Notes: generated by a model not told the origin, from the sequence alone. A stretch of DNA of 64,000 nt from Terriglobia bacterium (GCA_965198225.1 CBDAOY010000005.1:32001-96000), one strand, 5' to 3'. Shown: positions 38,614-48,665, counted from the stretch's first letter. Numbers and translations: made by a program.

Positions 38614-39258
38614 ATGGAGCACAAACACCACATGCTGCGCCTGATTGCAGTGGCCTCGATCCTCGGTGCCGGAGTGGCCGTCTACTGGTTCGCCCCTGGC
38701 GCGACGGAGATGGAGCAGTTTCAGCGCTCGCTTCAGTCGATGGGCGGTTGGGCCGCTCTCGTTTCGGGGCTTTTGATGATCACTCAGGCCGTCGTCGCTC
38801 CGCTGCCCGCAAACGTGATCTCGGCATCGAACGGATTCCTGTTCGGCGCATTCTGGGGAACATTGCTTTCCTGGACCACGACGCTGGCGGGAGCTTCGCT
38901 CTGCTACTACATCTCGAAGACCTTCGGGAAACCAGTGGCGATGAGGTTTGCCGGACGAGCACTGGCACGTTCCGAGCGCTTCATGTCCAGGTACGGAGGC
39001 CGAGCCATATTCATTGTCCGGCTGCTACCCGCCGTGCCCTTTGACGCCGTCAGCTACGCGGCCGGTCTGACGGGGGTGGGTTTCGGCCGCTTTCTCCTTG
39101 CCAGCGCGATCGGCTCGCTCCCATCGTCGCTGTTTTATGCCGTAGTGGGCTCGCTGTTCCTCCAGACCCACTGGTGGGTACTGTTCGCGGCGTCGAGCGT
39201 TTCGCTGGTTGTCATCCTGTTCGTGTCGAGACGGCTCGAAGCTCGCCTGGCAGCATAG
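38614..39258 (+). CDS. TVP38/TMEM64 (DedA/VTT) membrane protein
   Basis: APLPANV, GFLFGAFWG, RLLPAVPFDAVSYAAG. Confidence 0.9.
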   Translation: MEHKHHMLRLIAVASILGAGVAVYWFAPGATEMEQFQRSLQSMGGWAALVSGLLMITQAVVAPLPANVISASNGFLFGAFWGTLLSWTTTLAGASLCYYISKTFGKPVAMRFAGRALARSERFMSRYGGRAIFIVRLLPAVPFDAVSYAAGLTGVGFGRFLLASAIGSLPSSLFYAVVGSLFLQTHWWVLFAASSVSLVVILFVSRRLEARLAA

Positions 39259-39589
39259 CTGGCATGTCCTAATCAGTGATCCTTAGTCCGTCCCTGGCTG
39301 GACCACTGGCCACCGGTCCTAAGAAAAAACAGGTACAGCCTCGACTGTCCCTGTTTTTTCCTTATCTTTTCTGGTCACTTGTCACTCGTCACTTCCCCTA
39401 CGCAGTGCGATACGACTTCGTCAGGACCCCATGACCGGTGGGACCGAACTCCAGAATCGACACGTCTCGTCCCAGAAAAACGCCTAGGAATTAGTTTTGA
39501 TTTTCGTTGACCCGTGTCGGTCGACCATCGTAGGCTGGAAACATTCTATTACCTACAAATTCTTCGCAATGGACCGAGGTGTGTGACCT

Positions 39590-39856
39590 GTGGATAACTT
39601 CGCCGGAAACCTGGATGCGCTGAAGAGACTGGTTCAAGAAGCCGGCTACAGAGGAGGGTGGACCGTGATCGCTCACGGCTACCAGTTCCAGGCCGAGGAT
39701 GGCGCCGTCCTGAATTGGTTTCCGGCCCCGGCGAACACGCTCTACTACCAGGGCCCGTCCGAGGCGAAAGACAAACTGCGCACGACGCTGATCAACCGCC
39801 TGGACACAGCCGGTAATGGCGCCGCAGGCCCCGCCACCCGCAACGCCGTCCCCTGA
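39590..39856 (+). CDS. Small hypothetical protein (possible TBP-like fold)
   Basis: GAGG RBS upstream; YQFQAEDGAVLNWF...TLYYQG pattern. Confidence 0.55.
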   Translation: MDNFAGNLDALKRLVQEAGYRGGWTVIAHGYQFQAEDGAVLNWFPAPANTLYYQGPSEAKDKLRTTLINRLDTAGNGAAGPATRNAVP

Positions 39857-39900
39857 GGAAACTCAACCGCTCCCTCCCAGGTTCGAAAATCAACCCGGGA

Positions 39901-40602
39901 TCACAGGCGTCGGTTCGGATTGATAATCGTCCGCCACATGTGCGCCACCGGGCTGTTGTCGAACCCCAACCCTTCCTTCGGTTGCTTGAAGTGACGGCCG
40001 ATGATGTCGATGAACGGATCGAGCGACACCTCGGCGTTGCGGTCGAAGCTGTACTCGTCGTTCATCGTGATCAGCCTTGCCCGCATGTACCACTTGTGAT
40101 TGCGCGCGTAGTTGTACGCCTCTTCGATGTAGGGTTCCGGCACGTAGTCTCTGCCGAACATGCGGTAGTACATCTCCGGATACTCGTAATCGACCGAGGG
40201 ATCCGGGTAAAACCGCAGCGGCTGATGGTATCGGATCGCCCAACTTACGGTTTCGGGAACGTAGGGCTCGAACAACTGGCCGCCCCACCAGCCATGATCG
40301 GGACGCTGGAGGGTCAAAACGAGGTCGTGGAGCAGGCAGGAGAGGATGACTTCCTCGTCCTGGCCCGTCTTCATCGCGCGCGTCGCGCTCTGTAAGACGT
40401 GGTTGCTTGAAGTGAAGCGCAGTTTGAAGAAGTCCTCGAGCGTGGGTTTCTCCGGCATCGGCTCGAGTTCCCGCTCTTGTCCGCCCTGTGGTTCGAGTTC
40501 TTCGATCATCCGGTGCTCAAGCGCTTCGGCGAGCACGGCTGTAGGCACCACCGACGTCGCACCGGCCGCGCCGATCGCTGCAAAGAAGTTTCTCCGATCC
40601 AT
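39901..40602 (-). CDS. HD-domain metal-dependent hydrolase with Tat-like signal
   Basis: MDRRNFF signal, HVLQSATRA, LLHD, IRYH, NDEYSFD. GGAG RBS before ATG 40602. Confidence 0.75.
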   Translation of the reverse strand: MDRRNFFAAIGAAGATSVVPTAVLAEALEHRMIEELEPQGGQERELEPMPEKPTLEDFFKLRFTSSNHVLQSATRAMKTGQDEEVILSCLLHDLVLTLQRPDHGWWGGQLFEPYVPETVSWAIRYHQPLRFYPDPSVDYEYPEMYYRMFGRDYVPEPYIEEAYNYARNHKWYMRARLITMNDEYSFDRNAEVSLDPFIDIIGRHFKQPKEGLGFDNSPVAHMWRTIINPNRRL

Positions 40603-40746
40603 ATAGGCACTCCTTGGTTGATAGCCTGTTTTTCCGACACTATGAAAGGCACGAGGAGTGGCGTCAACGAATTTCGACGCCATGAACCTGACGCCCGACA
40701 GTGCAACGAGCCTGCTCGTCGCGCAACCTGCCGCCGTCATCCCCCC

Positions 40747-41607
40747 TCAGAACGAAACCTCTATGTCCTGCAGACGGGCTTCGATGCGCGCCAGGCGTCC
40801 CTGAACATCCGTCGTCGGCAGGTTACTCAGGTAGATGTTCCTCATGCCGCGCCGCAGCAACGCATGAATAGTCTCTGCGCAAATGTCTTCGGGTTGGCGC
40901 CCGCCGGCGAAATCCGCTTTCAGCCCTTCGACCGGCACCGGAAAGAACCTGCCGAGCGCGTTCAGCGTCTTCGGGTTGGCGCTGCGGTAATAGAAGACCC
41001 CGAATACTCCGGGTATTCGTACACCCCGATCGCCACATTCTTCCAGAAACTTGTCCAGCGCCTCCGCATTGTGATGGGAACTGATCTGGGAAAGATAGAA
41101 GTCGGCGCAATAGTCGGCATCGACCATGAACTCGACCTGCCGGGTGCCGCCGTGAGGGTTCGCCCATCCGCCCAGGGCCAGCCCGGGCACGCGTTCTCGA
41201 ATCTTCTTGCGCAGCTCGTATGCGTGTTCCACGCATCTTGGAACACCGTCGAACCGATCGCCTCCCAGGACGACCAGGGATCGAAACCCGAGCGCATAAG
41301 CTTTCTCGGCAAAGTCGAGGCAATAGTCGAGAGGGTGCTTGGCAGTGAGGATCGGAACGATCAGGGAATGGTCGGCTTCGGTACCGAGGTTGATGATCAC
41401 GTGCCGAAGGTTCTGTTCCTCACGGCGCCCGGTCGACCCGTCCGTCATGAAGACAAAGCGCTGGAGCGAGGTGACTTTCCGGATGAAGTGGTTGCTGTCG
41501 ATCCAGGCGTCCAGGCTCTGATCGAGCGACAGATCCATCTGCGGCGGACACCATTCGATGTTCAGCAGAGGTTGCTTCGGGTCGTTTAATGCTTTGAGCA
41601 GGGACAT
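40747..41607 (-). CDS. MetF/MTHFR-like FAD-linked TIM-barrel protein
   Basis: IEWCPP, TDG, LVVLGGD, GGWANP, ADFYLSQ. Confidence 0.7.
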   Translation of the reverse strand: MSLLKALNDPKQPLLNIEWCPPQMDLSLDQSLDAWIDSNHFIRKVTSLQRFVFMTDGSTGRREEQNLRHVIINLGTEADHSLIVPILTAKHPLDYCLDFAEKAYALGFRSLVVLGGDRFDGVPRCVEHAYELRKKIRERVPGLALGGWANPHGGTRQVEFMVDADYCADFYLSQISSHHNAEALDKFLEECGDRGVRIPGVFGVFYYRSANPKTLNALGRFFPVPVEGLKADFAGGRQPEDICAETIHALLRRGMRNIYLSNLPTTDVQGRLARIEARLQDIEVSF

Positions 41608-41667
41608 CCTTGAAGGATAACCGAAGGCAGGCAGAGTCGGACCAGCGCGTCCGACTTCGACGACCGC

Positions 41668-42735
41668 TCAGCGCTTGGCGACGGCTGGTGCTTTCCGGAC
41701 CTTCTTCTTCGGCTTCCGCCCCTGGGCCGGTGCCACGGTAACCTCTCTCCGGTAGGCGGCGGCCATGGAATCGAGGTCGGCCTCGATCCGTCGCCTCAGG
41801 CGTTCCGGTGACAGCACAACCGCCGACGGGCCGAAGCTCATGATCCACGCCACCAATTCAAACTCTCCACCGACGTGAAGGCTCATAACAATCTCTCCGC
41901 CGCCAACATCGCGGACTTTCTGAGAAGGATGCCACGCGCGTGACCGAACGTACTGAGCGATTTCGGCCTTGAAGAGCACCTCGACGTCGATCGGATCTTC
42001 CTTGACGAGTCCGAAGGCCGATTCGAGATAGCTCTCCACGGAAAAATCGGCGGGTTTTTCGAAGTGGTCGGAGCTCTTCTCGATTTCCTCGATGCGCTCG
42101 ATCGCGAACGTCCGAATCTGTTCATATTCCTCGACGTAGCCGAACAGGTAGAGCCCGCCCTTGTAATACATCAGCCGATAAGGATTCACCGTGTAGGATT
42201 TCTTCTTCTGGCTATGGACGGAGAAATACTCCATGAGGATGGTCGCATCCTCGCCGATCGCATCCATGAGAGTCCGGATCGTCTGTTTGTGCTGATCCAG
42301 GTGTTTGGGTGCGTCGGCGCGGACCGATATCATGGAGTCCAGGCTGTCGAAAAACGAGATGTTCTTCTCCGGAAGCGCCCCCTCGATCTTCTTGAACGCC
42401 GAGTCGATGTCATTGGAGAAGGGAGGCGCTGCGAGCGCGCCGACCATGTTCCTGCTGAAGTAGAGCGCGGCCAGTTCCGACAGCGACAGGTTCGCCAACG
42501 GCAAGCCTTTGTAGTCTTCAGCCAGGCGCCAGTAGACCTTGCCCTCGTACCGTTCGTCGTAGAGCGGGAACCCGGCTTCCATGAGCGCTGCAAGGTCGCG
42601 ACGAATCGTCTTCGTCGAGACGGAGTGGCGTGAGGCAAGGTCCGGAATCGTGCTCCAGCGCGTGCTCTCGATCTGTTTGAGGATCGCCCATTGACGGATC
42701 AACTGTGCATTTCGTCCCATCTTCGACCTCTCCAC
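41668..42735 (-). CDS. WYL-domain transcriptional regulator (HTH-WYL-WCX)
   Basis: VSTKTIRRDL HTH, VNPYRL, YLFGY, IRTFAIERI, WIMSFG...PERLR. Confidence 0.92.
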   Translation of the reverse strand: MERSKMGRNAQLIRQWAILKQIESTRWSTIPDLASRHSVSTKTIRRDLAALMEAGFPLYDERYEGKVYWRLAEDYKGLPLANLSLSELAALYFSRNMVGALAAPPFSNDIDSAFKKIEGALPEKNISFFDSLDSMISVRADAPKHLDQHKQTIRTLMDAIGEDATILMEYFSVHSQKKKSYTVNPYRLMYYKGGLYLFGYVEEYEQIRTFAIERIEEIEKSSDHFEKPADFSVESYLESAFGLVKEDPIDVEVLFKAEIAQYVRSRAWHPSQKVRDVGGGEIVMSLHVGGEFELVAWIMSFGPSAVVLSPERLRRRIEADLDSMAAAYRREVTVAPAQGRKPKKKVRKAPAVAKR

Positions 42736-42782
42736 CGACCCGCGCGGTGCGCTGCTAGGAGTGAGCGTTTTGGAGAAGGATT

Positions 42783-43100
42783 CTATGGTCGGGGGGCCAT
42801 GAAGACAAGCAATACCAGGTTGTCCTCACCCTGGTTTCGGACTCCATGATCCTCATTCGGCCGCGCGATGACGGCCTCGCCGTCTCCGCACTCGCGTTCC
42901 TCACCAGCGATATGGAACAATCCACGGCCCTCGATGACATAGTAGATCTTGTCGGATTCGGGATGCCTGTGGACACGCTGTTCCTGCCCAGGCTTGAGAC
43001 AATACAGGTCGCAGAAGTACTTTTCGGAGCCGAAAAGGGGGACCTTCTGCATCTTCTCGTCGGAAAAACCCACCGAGGCGCGAACGTCCTTTAACTCCAC
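42783..43100 (-). CDS. Cupin domain protein
   Basis: PGQEQRVHRH...YYVIEG, HGVRN. Confidence 0.88.
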   Translation of the reverse strand: MELKDVRASVGFSDEKMQKVPLFGSEKYFCDLYCLKPGQEQRVHRHPESDKIYYVIEGRGLFHIAGEERECGDGEAVIARPNEDHGVRNQGEDNLVLLVFMAPRP

Positions 43101-43105
43101 AGCCG

Positions 43106-45439
43106 TTATTGTAGTGGAAAGACCTTGGCGTCGGTGACAATTTCGCGGACGAGCTCGCTGAAGTGCGGGTGACAGGTGAAAAGCAGTACCTGATGGGTTT
43201 TCGACAGGTCGCGGGCGGCTTTGATCGAGTTGCGGGTGCGCTCCGGATCGAAGTTGACGAAGATGTCGTCGAAGATGACGGGCAGTGGTTCCACGTGCCG
43301 GGAGTACTCGCGAACCAGCGCCAGACGGACGGCCAGGTAGAGCTGTTCGGCGGTGCCGCGGCTCAGATGCTCCGGGCCGATGCGAGTCCCATCCTCACGC
43401 TCGATCACCAGGTCGGCCGACCCAAGCGGGCTGATGACTCGTGTGTATCGACCGTCGGACATCCGGTTGAAACACTCCGAGGCAGACCGCAGGACTTCCG
43501 GTTGACGCTCGGTCTCGTAGATCTTCCGGGTTTCCTCCAGTAGAGTGCGGCACAGGGTCAGCACCGCCCACTTCTCGGAAGCTTCGTCGATTCCAGCCAG
43601 GATGGATTCCTGGCGCAGGCGAACCCGCGAACGCTCCTCATTGCGCCCCAGAGCACGGATCCGTTCTTCGACCCCGCCACAAGCGTGTCGGGTCTCGGCC
43701 AGACGGGCGCTGGACGCCTCCAGCTCGGCGGTCTCAGCCCGGTAGGCGGCGGCATCGACTGCATCGACGCCCTCCATCCCGGGTTCCGGATCGATGGTCC
43801 CCGACGGGGTTCGATCCAGCTCTACTTGAAGATTTTGCCTCTGTTTGAAGAGCTCTCCGCGACGGAAAAATTCACTCTCCGTCGCCGCACCGGCAGCTTC
43901 GAGCAGCGAGAGGATCTTGCTTTCGTTGTCCGCAACATGCTTCATGATGGCTTCCCGCTGCCGGTCTTCGAGCTGCAGCGCCTCGTCGAGGGATCGGATG
44001 CCATCCGCCATCTCGCCCAAATCCCGAACCCTCGCCTCTTCCCGGGCCAGATCGACACCCGAGAAATCAGGTCGGCCGATCAGGGCCTCGATGCTGGATC
44101 GCAGCGTCGAACGTTGATCCTCGACCTTGCGTAGGCCTTCTTCAGCAGAACGCAAGCGCTCCTCGCAGGCCTCCACCTGCGCCTGCAGGCGCGCCGACCG
44201 GCGCCTGCGACCGTAGTACCACAGCGTCATCGCGAACAGCACCGCACCGATCGCGCCGCTGGCGACCGGCTGCGCCATCATGAAGAGGACGGCACCGACG
44301 ACACCGACCAGGACGATGAAGATCGTCATCGCAAGCGCGGAAGGCGGGCGCGCCGCCCGGGCAGCGGAGGAGATCGCAGCGAGTTCGCCCGACACGGCTT
44401 CCTGCTTGGCGGCAGCGGCCGCCACGACTTCGGCGGCGGCGTCCTGGCGCGGCAGAAGCAGTCTCAGGGACTCGACCCCACGTCCGCGGCGGATGAGCTC
44501 CTGCGGCGTGTAGCGCGAGGCCAATTCGGCCCGTTTCGCCCTTCGCTGCTCGTTCTCCACGCGATGTCTTTCCAAGTCGTCCTCGAGCTGCCGTCGCTGG
44601 TGCAGCAAGAGGTTCAGGCTCTGGACACCTCCTTCGGGGAAGCTGTCGATCGTCTCCAGACCTGCAAGCTGTCTTTCGATTTCGTTTCGCCTTTTGCGGT
44701 ACGGTTCGGCTTGGCGCAGCTTCTCGTAGTGCGCGACCCGGCTCGCCAGCCGGGACATCGACTCTTCGAGAGCTTGAATCTCTACTTCGAGACCGGCTCG
44801 CTCTTCGTGCGCAGCGACGTACTCCTCGGGTTCGTGCTCGGTACGGTCCAGCTCGTCGCGAACCGCCTCCAACTCCTTCAAAGACCGGTTGATCGTGCTG
44901 TTCTGGCCGCGCGGCAGGAACAACTTGCCGCGGCGATCTTCGAGGTCCTTCCGGACCCGGCTCCAACGCGAGGCACCGACACCCATGCCGGCGCCTGAGA
45001 TGTGGGAGGCCACTTCGCTTTCCTCCAGCGTGCGAAACTGTTCGAGCTCTTCCAGGCCGAACGCAAAAACGTTGTGGTACAGGGTGCGTGTCGTGCCTCC
45101 CAGGAGGGACTCGAGCATCTGTTCGTCGCCGGTCCCGCCGTCGTGATGCACGGCCACGGCGCCACGAACGTGACGGCCGGCTTTACGCTCTACCCGAATG
45201 ACTTTCTCCTCGAGCCTCAACCCGAGCGAACCGCCGTGGATGCCCCCGCCGAGCGGCTCATACCTCCGGGGATGGTTCCTCCGCTCAAACCCGAAGAGAA
45301 TCGAACGGACGAAGCTCATCAAGGTCGTCTTGCCCGCCTCGTTGGGACCGAGAAAGACGTTGACGCCTTCCGACAGGCCGCTCCAGACCTGGTCATGCCA
45401 GACCCCGAAGCCATTCACGGCAATGTCGGTGATCCTCAT
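43106..45439 (-). CDS. YhaN/SbcC-like AAA ATPase with coiled coil and TM hairpin
   Basis: Walker A GPNEAGKTT, signature LSRGTAEQLYLAVRL, Walker B DDIFVNFD, FTCH. Confidence 0.9.
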   Translation of the reverse strand: MRITDIAVNGFGVWHDQVWSGLSEGVNVFLGPNEAGKTTLMSFVRSILFGFERRNHPRRYEPLGGGIHGGSLGLRLEEKVIRVERKAGRHVRGAVAVHHDGGTGDEQMLESLLGGTTRTLYHNVFAFGLEELEQFRTLEESEVASHISGAGMGVGASRWSRVRKDLEDRRGKLFLPRGQNSTINRSLKELEAVRDELDRTEHEPEEYVAAHEERAGLEVEIQALEESMSRLASRVAHYEKLRQAEPYRKRRNEIERQLAGLETIDSFPEGGVQSLNLLLHQRRQLEDDLERHRVENEQRRAKRAELASRYTPQELIRRGRGVESLRLLLPRQDAAAEVVAAAAAKQEAVSGELAAISSAARAARPPSALAMTIFIVLVGVVGAVLFMMAQPVASGAIGAVLFAMTLWYYGRRRRSARLQAQVEACEERLRSAEEGLRKVEDQRSTLRSSIEALIGRPDFSGVDLAREEARVRDLGEMADGIRSLDEALQLEDRQREAIMKHVADNESKILSLLEAAGAATESEFFRRGELFKQRQNLQVELDRTPSGTIDPEPGMEGVDAVDAAAYRAETAELEASSARLAETRHACGGVEERIRALGRNEERSRVRLRQESILAGIDEASEKWAVLTLCRTLLEETRKIYETERQPEVLRSASECFNRMSDGRYTRVISPLGSADLVIEREDGTRIGPEHLSRGTAEQLYLAVRLALVREYSRHVEPLPVIFDDIFVNFDPERTRNSIKAARDLSKTHQVLLFTCHPHFSELVREIVTDAKVFPLQ

Positions 45440-46656
45440 CGTTCGAGGAGAAGGTCCACCCCGAGGGTCCCCGCTTTCTCGATCCACTCCCCGATGCGGG
45501 CGGCGTCGGGCGTAAACAACTCCCTTTTTCGGAAGAGGGGAGTCAGACTCTCGGCGAGTTCAGCTCGGTAGGCAGGATCGGTCTGGGCTCTTTCTACGAG
45601 GCTGAGGAAATCGCTGATGACGGGTTCAGATGCTGCCAGATCGTCGCGGCCCGATCCCGGGTCGGTCATGATCCGGACGGATTCGACGTCGACAAGGGAC
45701 TGAAGCTGATGCTGAATCTCCTCGCTCATACCCTCGCGGCGCAGATCGGAGTGGAGAGGCCCGTTCCCCACGAGTCGGCAGCGAAGGAGGGTGGGGCCGT
45801 CGAACTTCGCGCCGATCCGCTTCGCTTTTTCTTTGAGCCCGTCGATCAAGCTATCCATCCGGGAGTGGCCGCCGATGGAGAATTCGAGGTTGGCCCAGCG
45901 GACGACGTCGGTCTCGATGAACGTCAAGCGTGTCCGGCCGCTGGAGTCGACATCGACCTGAAAGCAACCCCGGGGCCCGGTCTCTCGGGCATGTCGACCC
46001 TGCGGGTTCCCCGGATAGACGATGGGTGGCGACGCGAACAGGACGGATCGGTTGTGAACATGACCGAGGGCCCAATAGTCAAAGCCGGCACGGACAAGGT
46101 CGTCGAGCGGGGCCGGCGCATAGTCGGCGTGACCGGACTGGCGGCCGATGTTGGCATGCAGGACGGCGATCGAATACACGTCGCCAAGGGTGCGCTTGAA
46201 CGACCGCGCCAGGTTGTCGGTCACCCGCTCCCGCGTGTAACTCACGCCGGCGACTCGCGCAACTTCCCGTCCTCCCCGGATGACCGGCAAAGCCTGTACC
46301 TGACCGTTGAAGGTGAACACGTTCGACGGCATCTTGAACTCGCTGCCCCAGCCGTTGAGCGGATCGTGATTGCCGTGGACGACATACACTCCGATGTCGC
46401 GCTCGGCGAGCCGTTCCATCTGGTGACGGAACTCGACCAGTGCCCGAAGGCTTCGGTCGCGGGAATCGTAGAGGTCCCCGGCAATGACGACAAAGTCCGA
46501 CTTCGACTCGATCGCGTGCGTGACGATCCGATTCAACGCTTCGAAGGTTGCCGAGTGGAGATGGTCCCGGAGGGCCCCAGACGTCTGGGCCAGACCGCGA
46601 AAAGGGCTGTCCAGATGCAGGTCGGCTGTGTGGATGAATCGAAGCTTCTTCATCAA
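45436..46656 (-). CDS. YhaO/SbcD/Mre11-like metallophosphoesterase nuclease
   Basis: DLHLD, GDLYD, GNHD, ALGHVH, YPGNPQGR. Confidence 0.92.
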   Translation of the reverse strand: MMKKLRFIHTADLHLDSPFRGLAQTSGALRDHLHSATFEALNRIVTHAIESKSDFVVIAGDLYDSRDRSLRALVEFRHQMERLAERDIGVYVVHGNHDPLNGWGSEFKMPSNVFTFNGQVQALPVIRGGREVARVAGVSYTRERVTDNLARSFKRTLGDVYSIAVLHANIGRQSGHADYAPAPLDDLVRAGFDYWALGHVHNRSVLFASPPIVYPGNPQGRHARETGPRGCFQVDVDSSGRTRLTFIETDVVRWANLEFSIGGHSRMDSLIDGLKEKAKRIGAKFDGPTLLRCRLVGNGPLHSDLRREGMSEEIQHQLQSLVDVESVRIMTDPGSGRDDLAASEPVISDFLSLVERAQTDPAYRAELAESLTPLFRKRELFTPDAARIGEWIEKAGTLGVDLLLER

Positions 46657-46820
46657 ATAATTATGCCGATGAACGCGGTCAGGTCTGGTCCGGGTGCAGG
46701 GTGCGTGTCGATGGGGTAAACTATTGATCAGTATGGGATAGCGACGAGTTCACGAGTTCGTCCGACGGCAATCGGCTTCGGGAACCGAAGCAAAACGGCT
46801 TCGGAAAGAGGGATCACCAC

Positions 46821-47570
46821 ATGCGGACGCTGGTTCTGCTGCGACACGGCGAGAGCACCTGGAATAAGGAAAACCGGTTCACCGGATGGACGGATGTCGG
46901 CCTGACCGAGAAAGGTGTGAGCGAGGCAACGGAAGCCGGCCGCGCGATGAGCGAAGCAGGCTACCACTTCGACATCGCGTTCACCTCGGTGCTGAAACGG
47001 GCGATCAAGACGCTCTGGCTGGCGCTGGAAGAAATGGACATGATGTGGATCCCGGTCCGGCGCAGTTGGCGTCTCAACGAGCGCCATTACGGAGACCTCC
47101 AGGGCGCAAACAAGCTGGAGATGGTCGAACGGTTCGGCTCGGAACAGGTGCACGTCTGGCGCCGCAGCTACGACACTCCACCGCCGCCACTCGAAGCAGA
47201 AGACGAACGAAGCCCCCGCAACGACCCCCGGTACAGTTCGCTGGCCCCCGAAGACGTGCCGTTGACCGAAAGCCTGAAACTGACTGTCGATCGAGTCATG
47301 CCCTACTGGCACGACACGATCGCGCCGGACTTAACCTTGGGAAAGCGAGTGCTGATCGTCTCGCACGGCAACAGCCTCCGCGCGCTGGTCAAGTACCTCG
47401 ACAACGTCAGCAACGAGGACATCGTCGGCTACAACATCCCCACCGGAATCCCACTGGTCTACGAACTGAACGACGACCTGACTCCGATCCGCCACTTCTA
47501 CCTCGGAGATCCAGACGCCGTGGAACGCGCAGCCAGAGCCGTTGCGGAACAGACCCGTCAGAAAGACTAG
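46821..47570 (+). CDS. gpmA: 2,3-bisphosphoglycerate-dependent phosphoglycerate mutase
   Basis: [39 protein letters not shown]. Confidence 0.97.
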   Translation: MRTLVLLRHGESTWNKENRFTGWTDVGLTEKGVSEATEAGRAMSEAGYHFDIAFTSVLKRAIKTLWLALEEMDMMWIPVRRSWRLNERHYGDLQGANKLEMVERFGSEQVHVWRRSYDTPPPPLEAEDERSPRNDPRYSSLAPEDVPLTESLKLTVDRVMPYWHDTIAPDLTLGKRVLIVSHGNSLRALVKYLDNVSNEDIVGYNIPTGIPLVYELNDDLTPIRHFYLGDPDAVERAARAVAEQTRQKD

Positions 47571-47614
47571 CCCCGGTGCCCTAACGGGTGCCGAGAAACT
47601 CCTCGTCTCGGAAC

Positions 47615-47765
47615 CATTGCAGATTGGTCATCGGACGAGTCCGCATTGGAAGTCGGAGATTGGAGATTGCTCGATTTCTTATTGGTCGGAAATCTGAGAT
47701 GAAGCAATTTCCAATGCACAACTTGCAATGCGGATTGTTCAGATATCGCGATCTGCAATAAGACC
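47615..47765 (-). repeat. About 150-bp dispersed intergenic repeat, copy 2
   Basis: Inverted homolog of 27507-27650. Confidence 0.8.
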
Positions 47766-47825
47766 CCTACTAAGTTTTCGTAAGACCTCTAGATCTTTCT
47801 CTGTCCCGAATTCCCCAAGGTCGGC

Positions 47826-47892
47826 TGTAGGTGCGCTCTATGAGCGCACGTCGTTGTAGCCCGACAATGTGCGGTCATAGACCGCACCTACA
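47826..47892. repeat. GTAG-type REP doublet (REPIN)
   Basis: GTAGGTGCGCTCTATGAGCGCAC ... GTGCGGTCATAGACCGCACCTAC. Confidence 0.85.
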
Positions 47893-47923
47893 CCTGGTTC
47901 ATGCACCCGCGAAACATTTCTAT

Positions 47924-47968
47924 TTGACAGCACGATCGTTCGTTCTTTATAATACGAACGATCGTGCT
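47924..47968 (+). promoter_or_regulatory. Consensus sigma70 promoter overlapped by a TetR-like operator
   Basis: TTGACA (47924-47929), 18-nt spacer, TATAAT (47948-47953). Perfect 15-bp inverted repeat AGCACGATCGTTCGT / ACGAACGATCGTGCT flanks the -10 box. Confidence 0.8.
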
Positions 47969-47993
47969 TGTAAATGAGATTGGGAGGCAATGT

Positions 47994-48665
47994 ATGGGTT
48001 CAGCGACGCATCGGATCTCGAAGGGCGCGACGACCCGTCGTCAAATTGTCAACGTCGCGGTCGACAGCGCCTCGGCCGAAGGCCTGGAGGGGCTGACGAT
48101 CGGTCGTCTGGCCAGAGAGCTCGAAATGAGCAAGAGCGGGCTGTTCGGGCACTTCGGTTCAAAGGAAGAGCTCCAGCTCGCAGCGGTGGAACGGGCGGGG
48201 GACGTCTTCGTCGAGGAGATCATCACTCCCGCCGCGGACACGGAACGGGGCCTGGAGCGACTCGGTGCCCTGCTGGACAACTGGTTGTCCTACGTCGAGC
48301 GAATCGTCTTTCGCGGGGGCTGCTTTTTTGCGGCAGCGTCGGCGGAATTCGATTCGCGGCCTGGAGCGGTTCGGGACCGGATAGCGGAACTGTGCCAGGC
48401 CTGGGTTCGAATCCTGGAGGAAGAAGTCCGGGAGGCTCAGAGCCGTTCGCAGTTGGGCAGCGAGATCGAACCCGCCCGGCTGGTTTTCGGACTGCACGCC
48501 TTCGTGCAGGAGGCGAACTGGGCGTTCAAACTCCTGAACGACCCCGCCGCGTTCGAGAAGGCGCGTCAGTCCATCGACGAACTGATCCTTAACTCCAGCA
48601 AGAAACCCGGCCGAAGAACGGCCGGTCAAAAGCAACAACTCGAACCAACTCGGAGAAAACCATGA
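47994..48665 (+). CDS. TetR family transcriptional regulator
   Basis: GLEGLTIGRLA...MSKSGLFGHFGSKEEL, GGCFF. GGAGG RBS before ATG 47994. Confidence 0.93.
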   Translation: MGSATHRISKGATTRRQIVNVAVDSASAEGLEGLTIGRLARELEMSKSGLFGHFGSKEELQLAAVERAGDVFVEEIITPAADTERGLERLGALLDNWLSYVERIVFRGGCFFAAASAEFDSRPGAVRDRIAELCQAWVRILEEEVREAQSRSQLGSEIEPARLVFGLHAFVQEANWAFKLLNDPAAFEKARQSIDELILNSSKKPGRRTAGQKQQLEPTRRKP

